A stretch of 64,000 nt of DNA, taken from the human T2T-CHM13v2.0 reference genome, Homo sapiens. The stretch lies in assembly GCF_009914755.1 (NCBI RefSeq), contig NC_060939.1. The stretch is one strand, 5' to 3'. Below, piece after piece: positions 1-11,400 of this stretch. The notes under the pieces were generated by a model. That model worked only from the letters and a program-made list of their open reading frames with translations. It was not told where the DNA came from and made no database searches. The translations under genes and the position numbers were made by a program. The stretch's first letter is position 1, and every line of letters starts with the position of its first letter.

Positions 1-671
1 CTATTCCATTCCATACAGTTGCATTCCATTGGATTCCATGCTATATCTATAAATTCAATTCGAGACCATTGCTTTTGAGTCCATTCTATATGATTCCATT
101 CCATTCAAGTCCATTACATTTGGTTAAATTCCATTCCATTCGGTTCAATTCCATTCCATTCCATTCCCTTCCATTCCATTCCAGTTGATATCAATCCATT
201 CGATTCCATTCCATTCGAGCACATTCCATTCGAGTCCATTCCATTCGATGCCATTCCATTTGATTCTATTCCATTAGTCTCCATTCAATTCCATTAATCT
301 CCATTCCATTCCATTCTACTCCAACTGATTCCATTCCATTCTATTCCTTTCCATTCCATTTCATTCCATTCCATTCCATTCCATTCCATTCCATTCCATT
401 CGTGTCCATTCCACTCCAGTCCATTCCATTCGTATCCATTCCATTCCAGTCCATTCCATTTGTGTCCACTGCATTCCATTCCACTCCATTCCATATTATT
501 CCATTACACTCCATTCCATTCTATTACTTTCATTTCCATTCAATTCCATTCCATTTGATTCCATTCCACTCGGTTTCATTCCATTTGAGTCCACTCCATT
601 CCATTCCATTCCATTCAGTTCCATTCCATTCTGTTCCATTCCATTCCGTTCCATTACATTCCATTCCATTC

Positions 672-2450
672 GGTACCATTCCATATTGTTCCATTCGATT
701 CCATTCGAATCCATTCCATTCCAGTCCATTCCATTCGATTCCATTCCATTCATTTCAATTCCATTCCATTCCATTCCATTACATTCCACTTGATTCCTCT
801 CCATTCCCTTCCACTGCATTCCGTTCGATTCCATTCCATTGCATTGCATTCCATTCCATTGGATTGCATTCCATTCGATTCCATTCCATTCGAATCAATT
901 ACATAGCAATCCATTACATTCGAGTCTATTCTATTCCGTTCCATTCGATTTCGTTCCAATCCATTCGATTCCATTCCATTCGATTCCATTCCATACTATT
1001 GCATTCCATTCGATTACATTATATTCGAATAAGTTCCATTCAAGACCATTTCTTTTGAGTCCATTCTATTTGAGTCCATTCCCTTTGATTCCATAACATT
1101 TGAGTCCATTCAATTCCATTCCTTTCGTTTCCATTCCATTTGATGCCATTCCATTCAATTCTGTTCTACTCGACTCCAATACATTCAATTCCATTCCATC
1201 CGATTCCATTACATTCTTTTCATTTCTTATCCATTTCAAGCCATTCCACTCCATTCCATTCCACTCGTTTCCTTTCCATTCGAGTCCATTCCTCTCCAGT
1301 CCATTCCGTTCAATCCATTCCATTCCAGTCCATTCCATTCGAGTCCGTTCCATTCCAGTCCATTCCATTCGAGTCAATTCCATTCCATTCGATGTCTTTC
1401 CATAACGATCCATTCCATTCTATTCCTTTCGATTCCATTCCATTCTATTTCATTCCATTCGATTCCCTTCCATTGGACTCCTTTCCATTCGAGTGCATTC
1501 CATTCCGTTCCATTTCTTTCCGTTCTGTACGATTCCTACCGTTCGATTTCATTTTGTTCCAGTCCATTCCTTTCGCGTCCATTCCATTCCATTTCACTCC
1601 ATTCGATTCCATTCCACTCGATTCCACTTCGTTCCATTTCATTGCATTCCATTCTATTCAACTCTATTGCCTTCCATTCCATTCCATTCGATTACATTCC
1701 ATGCGATTCCATTCGAAATCGAATCAATTACATTGCAAACCATTACTATTGAGTCCGTTTTATTCCAGTCCACTGCATTCTGGTCCATTCCATTTGATTC
1801 CATTCCATTCTATTCCATTCCATACAGTTGCATTCCATTGGATTCCATGCTATATCTATAAATTCAATTCGAGACCATTGCTTTTGAGTCCATTCTATAT
1901 GATTCCATTCCATTCAAGTCCATTACATTTGGTTCAATTCCATTCCATTCCATTCCCTTTCATTCCATTCCATTTGATAACAATCCATTCGATTCCATTC
2001 CATTCGAGCACATTCCATTCGAGTCCATTCCATTCGATGCCATTCCATTTGATTCTATTCCATTAGTCTCCATTCAATTCCATTAATCTCCATTCCATTC
2101 CATTCTACTCCTACTGATTCAATTCCATTCTATTCCTTTCCATTCCATTTCATTCCATTCCATTCCATTTCATTCCATTCCATTCCATTCGTGTCCATTC
2201 CACTCCAGTCCATTCCATTCGTGTCCATTCCATTCCAGTCCATTCCATTTGTGTCCACTGCATTCCATTCCACTCCATTCCATATTATTCCATTACACTC
2301 CATTCCATTCTATTACTTTCATTTCCATTCAATTCCATTCCATTTGATTCCATTCCACTCGGTTTCATTCCATTTGAGTCCACTCCATTCCATTCCATTA
2401 AATTCCATTCAGTTCCATTCCATTCCGTTCCATAACATTCCATTCCATTC
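672..2450 (+). repeat. Representative single repeat unit (KpnI to KpnI, 1779 bp)
   Basis: GGTACC at 672 and at 2451, and the sequence following each site is nearly identical. Confidence 0.95.
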
Positions 2451-5400
2451 GGTACCATTACATATTGTTCCATTCGATTCCATTCGAATCCATTCCATTC
2501 CAGTCCATTCCATTCGATTCCATTCCATTCATTTCAATTCCATTCCATTCCATTCCATTACATTCCACTTGATTCCTCTCCATTCCCTACCACTGCATTC
2601 CGTTCGATTCCATTCCATTGCATTGCATTCCATTCCATTGGATTGCATTCCATTCGATTCCATTCCATTCGAATCAATTACATAGCAATCCATTACATTC
2701 GAGTCTATTCTATTCCGTTCCATTCGATTTCGTTCCAATCCATTCGATTCCATTCCATTCGATTCCATTCCATACTATTGCATTCCATTCGATTACATTA
2801 TATTCGAATAAGTTCCATTCAAGACCATTTCTTTTGAGTCCATTCTATTTGAGTCCATTCCCTTTGATTCCATAACATTTGAGTCCATTCAATTCCATTC
2901 CTTTCGTTTCCATTCCATTTGATGCCATTCCATTCAATTCTGTTCTACTCGACTCCAATACATTCAATTCCATTCCATCCGATTCCATTACATTCTTTTC
3001 ATTTCTTATCCATTTCAAGCCATTCCACTCCATTCCATTCCACTCGTTTCCTTTCCATTCGAGTCCATTCCTCTCCAGTCCATTCCGTTCAATCCATTCC
3101 ATTCCAGTCCATTCCATTCGAGTCCGTTCCATTCCAGTCCATTCCATTCGAGTCAATTCCATCCCATTCGATGTCTTTCCATAACGATCCATTCCACTCT
3201 ATTCCTTTCGATTCCATTCCATTCTATTTCATTCCATTCGATTCCCTTCCATTGGACTCCTTTCCATTCGAGTGCATTCCATTCCGTTCCATTTCTTTCC
3301 GTTCTGTACGATTCCTACCGTTCGATTTCATTTTGTTCCAGTCCATTCCTTTCGCGTCCATTCCATTCCATTTCACTCCATTCGATTCCATTCCCCTCGA
3401 TTCCACTTCGTTCCATTTCATTGCATTCCATTCTATTCAACTCTATTGCCTTCCATTCCATTCCATTCGATTACATTCCATGCGATTCCATTCGAAATCG
3501 AATCAATTACATTGCAATCCATTACTATTGAGTCCATTTTATTCCAGTCCACTGCATTCTGGTCCATTCCATTTGATTCCATTCCATTCTATTCCATTCC
3601 ATACAGTTGCATTCCATTGAACTCCATTGTATATCTATAAATTCAATTCGAGACCATTGTTTTTGAGTCCATTCTATATGATTCCATTCCATTCAAGTCC
3701 ATTACATTTGGTTCAATTCCATTCCATTCCATTCCCTTCCATTCCATTCCAGTTGATATCAATCCATTCGATTCCATTCCATTCGAGCACATTCCATTCG
3801 AGTCCATTCCATTCGATGCCATTCCATTTGATTCTATTCCATTAGTCTCCATTCAATTCCATTAATCTCCATTCCATTCCATTCTACTCCAACTGATTCC
3901 ATTCCATTCTATTCCTTTCCATTCCATTTCATTCCATTCCATTCCATTTCATTCCATTCCATTCCATTCCATTCCATTCGCTTCCATTCCATTCGTGTCC
4001 ATTGCATTCCAGTCCATTCCATTTGTGTCCACTGCATTCCATTCCACTCCATTCCATATTATTCCATTACACTCCATTCCATTCTATTACTTTCATTTCC
4101 ATTGAATTCCATTCCATTTGATTCCATTCCACTCGGTTTCATTCCATTTGAGTCCACTCCACTCCATTCCATTCCATTCCATTCCATTCAGTTCCATTCC
4201 ATTCTGTTCCATTCCATTCCGTTCCATTGCATTCCATTCCATTCGGTACCATTCCATATTGTTCCATTCGATTCCATTCGAATCCATTCCATTCCAGTCC
4301 ATTCCATTCGATTCCATTCCATTCCTTTCAATTCCATTCCATTCCATTCCATTCCACTTGATTCCACTCCATTCCCTTCCACTGCATTCCATTGCATTGC
4401 ATTCCATTCCATTGGACTGCATTCCATTCGATTCCATTCCATTCGAATCAATTACATAGCAATCCAATACATTCGAGTCTATTCTACTCCGTTCCATTCG
4501 ATTTCGTTCCAATCCATTCGATTCCATTCCATTCGATTCCATTCCATACTATTGCATTCCATTCTATTACATTATACTCGAATAAGTTCCATTCAAGACC
4601 ATTTCTTTTGAGTCCATTCTATTTGAGTCCATTCCCTTTGATTCCATAACATTTGAGTCCATTCAATTCCATTCCTTTCGTTTGCATTCCATTTGATGCC
4701 ATTCCATTCAATTCTGTTCTACTCGACTCCAATACATTCAATTCCATTCCATCCGATTCCATTACATTCTTTTCATTTCTTATCCATTTCAAGCCATTCC
4801 ACTCCATTCCATTCCACTCGTTTCCTTTCCATTCGAGTCCATTCCTCTCCAGTCCATTCCGTTCAATCCATTCCATTCCAGTCCATTCCATTCGAGTCCG
4901 TTCCATTCCAGTCCATTCCATTCGAGTCAATTCCATCCCATTCGAAGTCTTTCCATAACGATCCATTCCATTCTATTCCTTTCGATTCCATTCCATTCTA
5001 TTTCATTCCATTCGATTCCCTTCCATTGGACTCCTTTCCATTCGAGTGCATTCCATTCCGTTCCATTTCTTTCCGTTCTGTACGATTCCTACCGTTCGAT
5101 TTCATTTTCTTCCAGTCCATTCTTTCGCGTCCATTCCATTCCATTTCACTCCATTCGATTCCATTCCACTCGATTCCACTTCGTTCCATTTCATTGCATT
5201 CCATTCTATTCAACTCTATTGCCTTCCATTCCATTCCATTCGATTACATTCCATGCGATTCCATTCGAAATCGAATCAATTACATTGCAATCCATTACTA
5301 TTGAGTCCGTTTTATTCCAGTCCACTGCATTCTGGTCCATTCCATTTGATTCCATTCCATTCTATTCCATTCCATACAGTTGCATTCCATTGGATTCCAT

Positions 5401-8400
5401 GCTATATCTATAAATTCAATTCGAGACCATTGCTTTTGAGTCCATTCTATATGATTCCATTCCATTCAAGTCCATTACATTTGGTTAAATTCCATTCCAT
5501 TCGGTTCAATTCCATTCCATTCCATTCCCTTCCATTCCATTCCAGTTGATATCAATCCATTCGATTCCATTCCATTCGAGCACATTCCATTCGAGTCCAT
5601 TCCATTCGATGCCATTCCATTTGATTCTATTCCATTAGTCTCCATTCAATTCCATTAATCTCCATTCCATTCCATTCTACTCCAACTGATTCCATTCCAT
5701 TCTATTCCTTTCCATTCCATTTCATTCCATTCCATTCCATTCCATTCCATTCCATTCCATTCCATTCGTGTCCATTCCACTCCAGTCCATTCCATTCGTA
5801 TCCATTCCATTCCAGTCCATTCCATTTGTGTCCACTGCATTCCATTCCACTCCATTCCATATTATTCCATTACACTCCATTCCATTCTATTACTTTCATT
5901 TCCATTCAATTCCATTCCATTTGATTCCATTCCACTCGGTTTCATTCCATTTGAGTCCACTCCATTCCATTCCATTCCATTCAGTTCCATTCCATTCTGT
6001 TCCATTCCATTCCGTTCCGTTACATTCCATTCCATTCGGTACCATTCCATATTGTTCCATTCGATTCCATTCGAATCCATTCCATTCCAGTCCATTCCAT
6101 TCGATTCCATTCCATTCATTTCAATTCCATTCCATTCCATTCCATTATATTCCACTTGATTCCTCTCCATTCCCTTCCACTGCATTCCGTTCGATTCCAT
6201 TCCATTGCATTGCATTCCATTCCATTGGATTGCATTCCATTCGATTCCATTCCATTCGAATCAATTACATAGCAATCCATTACATTCGAGTCTATTCTCT
6301 TCTGTTCCATTCGATTTCGTTCCAATCCATTCGATTCCATTCCATTCGATTCCATTCCATACTATTGCATTCCATTCGATTACATTATATTCGAATAAGT
6401 TCCATTCAAGACCATTTCTTTTGAGTCCATTCTATTTGAGTCCATTCCCTTTGATTCCATAACATTTGAGTCCATTCAATTCCATTCCTTTCGCTTCCAT
6501 TCCATTTGATGCCATTCCATTCAATTCTGTTTTACTCGACTCCAATACATTCAATTCCATTCCATCCGATTCCATTACATTCTTTTCATTTCTTATCCAT
6601 TTCAAGCCATTCCACTCCATTCCATTCCACTCGTTTCCTTTCCATTCGAGTCCATTCCTCTCCAGTCCATTCCGTTCAATCCATTCCATTCCAGTCCATT
6701 CCATTCGAGTCCGTTCCATTCCAGTCCATTCCATTCGAGTCAATTCCATTGCATTCGATGTCTTTCCATAACGATCCATTCCATTCTATTCCTTTCGATT
6801 CCATTCCATTCTATTTCATTCCATTCGATTCCCTTCCATTGGACTCCTTTCCATTCGAGTGCATTCCATTCCGTTCCATTTCTTTCCGTTCTGTACGATT
6901 CCTACCGTTCGATTTCATTTTGTTCCAGTCCATTCTTTCGCGTCCATTCCATTCCATTTCACTCCATTCGATTCGATTCCACTCGATTCCACTTCGTTCC
7001 ATTTCATTGCATTCCATTCTATTCAACTCTATTGCCTTCCATTCCATTCCATTCCATTACATTCCATGCGATTCCATTCGAAATCGAATCAATTACATTG
7101 CAATCCATTACTATTGAGTCCGTTTTATTCCAGTCCACTGCATTCTGGTCCATTCCATTTGATTCCATTCCATTCTATTCCATTCCATACAGTTGCATTC
7201 CATTGGATTCCATGCTATATCTATAAATTCAATTCGAGACCATTGCTTTTGAGTCCATTCTATATGATTCCATTCCATTCAAGTCCATTACATTTGGTTA
7301 AATTCCATTCCATTCGGTTCAATTCCATTCCATTCCATTCCCTTCCATTCCATTCCAGTTGATATCAATCCATTCGATTCCATTCCATTCGAGCACATTC
7401 CATTCGAGTCCATTCCATTCGATGCCATTCCATTTGATTCTATTCCATTAGTCTCCATTCAATTCCATTAATCTCCATTCCATTCCATTCTACTCCAACT
7501 GATTCCATTCCATTCTATTCCTTTCCATTCCATTTCATTCCATTCCATTCCATTCCATTCCATTCCATTCCATTCCATTCGTGTCCATTCCACTCCAGTC
7601 CATTCCATTCGTATCCATTCCATTCCAGTCCATTCCATTTGTGTCCACTGCATTCCATTCCACTCCATTCCATATTATTCCATTACACTCCATTCCATTC
7701 TATTACTTTCATTTCCATTCAAATCCATTCCATTTGATTCCATTCCACTCGGTTTCATTCCATTTGAGTCCACTCCATTCCATTCCATTCCATTCAGTTC
7801 CATTCCATTCTGTTCCATTCCATTCCGTTCCATTACATTGCATTCCATTCGGTACCATTCCATATTGTTCCATTCGATTCCATTCGAATCCATTCCATTC
7901 CAGTCCATTCCATTCGATTCCATTCCATTCATTTCAATTCCATTCCATTCCATTCCATTACATTCCACTTGATTCCTCTCCATTCCCTTCCACTGCATTC
8001 CGTTCGATTCCATTCCATTGCATTGCATTCCATTCCATTGGATTGCATTCCATTCGATTCCATTCCATTCGAATCAATTACATAGCAATCCATTACATTC
8101 GAGTCTATTCTCTTCCGTTCCATTCGATTTCGTTCCAATCCATTCGATTCCATTCCATTCGATTCCATTCCATACTATTGCATTCCATTCGATTACATTA
8201 TATTCGAATAAGTTCCATTCAAAACCATTTCTTTTGAGTCCATTCTATTTGAGTCCATTCCCTTTGATTCCATAACATTTGAGTCCATTCAATTCCATTC
8301 CTTTCGTTTCCATTCCATTTGATGCCATTCCATTCAATTCTGTTCTACTCGACTCCAATACATTCAATTCCATTCCATCCGATTCCATTACATTCTTTTC

Positions 8401-11400
8401 ATTTTTTATCCATTTCAAGCCATTCCACTCCATTCCATTCCACTCGTTTCCTTTCCATTCGAGTCCATTCCTCTCCAGTCCATTCCATTCAATCCATTCC
8501 ATTGCAGTCCATTCCATTCGAGTCCGTTCCATTCCAGTCCATTCCATTCGAGTCAATTCCATTCCATTCGATGTCTTTCCATAACGATCCATTCCATTCT
8601 ATTCCTTTCGATTCCATTCCATTCTATTTCATTCCATTCGATTCCCTTCCATTGGACTCCTTTCCATTCGAGTGCATTCCATTCCGTTCCATTTCTTTCC
8701 GTTCTGTACGATTCCTACCGTTCGATTTCATTTTGTTCCAGTCCATTCTTTCGCGTCCATTCATTCCATTTCACTCCATTCGATTCCATTCCACTCGATT
8801 CCACTTCGTTCCATTTCATTGCATTCCATTCTATTCAACTCTATTGCCTTCCATTCCATTCCATTCGATTACATTCCATGCGATTCCATTCGAAATCGAA
8901 TCAATTACATTGCAATCCATTACTATTGAGTCCGTTTTATTCCAGTCCACTGCATTCTGGTCCATTCCATTTGATTCCATTCCATTCTATTCCATTCCAT
9001 ACAGTTGCATTCCATTGGATTCCATGCTATATCTATAAATTCAATTCGAGACCATTGCTTTTGAGTCCATTCTATATGATTCCATTCCATTCAAGTCCAT
9101 TACATTTGGTTAAATTCCATTCCATTCGGTTCAATTCCATTCCATTCCATTCCCTTCCATTCCATTCCAGTTGATATCAATCCATTCGATTCCATTCCAT
9201 TCGAGCACATTCCATTCGAGTCCATTCCATTCGATGCCATTCCATTTGATTCTATTCCATTAGTCTCCATTCAATTCCATTAATCTCCATTCCATTCCAT
9301 TCTACTCCAACTGATTCCATTCCATTCTATTCCTTTCCATTCCATTTCATTCCATTCCATTCCACTCCATTCCATTCCATTCCATTCCATTCGTGTCCAT
9401 TCCACTCCAGTCCATTCCATTCGTGTCCATTCCATTCCAGTCCATTCCATTTGTGTCCACTGCATTCCATTCCACTCCATTCCATATTATTCCATTACAC
9501 TCCATTCCATTCTATTACTTTCATTTCCATTCAATTCCATTCCATTTGATTCCATTCCACTCGGTTTCATTCCATTTGAGTTCACTCCATTCCATTCCAT
9601 TCCATTCCATTCAGTTCCATTCCATTCCGTTCCATTACATTCCATTCCATTCGGTACCATTCCATATTGTTCCATTCGATTCCATTCGAATCCATTCCAT
9701 TGCAGTCCATTCCATTCGATTCCATTCCATTCATTTCAATTCCATTCCATTCCATTCCATTCCATTCCACTTGATTCCTCTCCATTCCCTTCCAATGCAT
9801 TCCGTTCGATTCCATTCCATTGCATTGCATTCCATTCCATTGGATTGCATTCCATTCGATTCCATTCCATTCGAATCAATTACATAGCAATCCATTACAT
9901 TCGAGTCTATTCTATTCCGTTCCATTCGATTTCGTTCCAATCCATTCGATTCCATTCCATTCGATTCCATTCCATACTATTGCATTCCATTCGATTACAT
10001 TATATTCGAATAAGTTCCATTCAAGACCATTTCTTTTGAGTCCATTCTATTTGAGTCCATTCCCTTTGATTCCATAACATTTGAGTCCATTCAATTCCAT
10101 TCCTTTCGTTTCCATTCCATTTGATGCCATTCCATTCAATTCTGTTCTACTCGACTCCAATACATTCAATTCCATTCCATCCGATTCCATTACATTCTTT
10201 TCATTTCTTATCCATTTCAAGCCATTCCACTCCATTCCATTCCACTCGTTTCTTTTCCATTCGAGTCCATTCCTCTCCAGTCCATTCCGTTCAATCCATT
10301 CCATTCCAGTCCATTCCATTCGAGTCCGTTCCATTCCAGTCCATTCCATTCGAGTCAATTCCATTCCATTCGATGTCTTTCCATAACGATCCATTCCATT
10401 CTATTCCTTTCGATTCCATTCCATTCTATTTCATTCCATTCGATTCCCTTCCATTGGACTCCTTTCCATTCGAGTGCATTCCATTCCGTTCCATTTCTTT
10501 CCGTTCTGTACGATTCCTACCGTTCGATTTCATTTTCTTCCAGTCCATTCTTTCGCGTCCATTCCATTCCATTTCACTCCATTCGATTCCATTCCACTCG
10601 ATTCCACTTCGTTCCATTTCATTGCATTCCATTCTATTCAACTCTATTGCCTTCCATTCCATTCCATTCGATTACATTCCATGCGATTCCATTCGAAATC
10701 GAATCAATTACATTGCAATCCATTACTATTGAGTCCGTTTTATTCCAGTCCACTGCATTCTGGTCCATTCCATTTGATTCCATTCCATTCTATTCCATTC
10801 CATACAGTTGCATTTCATTGGATTCCATGCTATATCTATAAATTCAATTCGAGACCATTGCTTTTGAGTCCATTCTATATGATTCCATTCCATTCAAGTC
10901 CATTACATTTGGTTCAATTCCATTCCATTCGGTTCAATTCCATTCCATTCCATTCCCTTCCATTCCATTCCAGTTGATATCAATCCATTCGATTCCATTC
11001 CATTCGAGCACATTCCATTCGAGTCCATTCCATTCGATGCCATTCCATTTGATTCTATTCCATTAGTCTCCATTCAATTCCATTAATCTCCATTCCATTC
11101 CATTCTACTCCAACTGATTCCATTCCATTCTATTCCTTTCCATTCCATTTCATTCCATTCCATTCCATTCCATTCCATTCCATTCCATTCGTGTCCATTC
11201 CACTCCAGTCCATTCCATTCGTATCCATTCCATTCCAGTCCATTCCATTTGTGTCCACTGCATTCCATTCCACTCCATTCCATATTATTCCATTACACTC
11301 CATTCCATTCTATTACTTTCATTTCCATTCAATTCCATTCCATTTGATTCCATTCCACTCGGTTTCATTCCATTTGAGTCCACTCCATTCCATTCCATTC

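Noticed and set aside
41-56. TATA-like ctatatctataaatt once per unit
   Set aside because: It is explained as a diverged counterpart of atattcgaataagtt in the other half-unit. There is no other promoter evidence from sequence alone.
1711-1730. Possible heat-shock element or DUX4-like site (attcgaaatcgaatcaatt)
   Set aside because: It lacks the nGAAnnTTCn inverted spacing, and mismatches the TAAY start of the DUX4 consensus.
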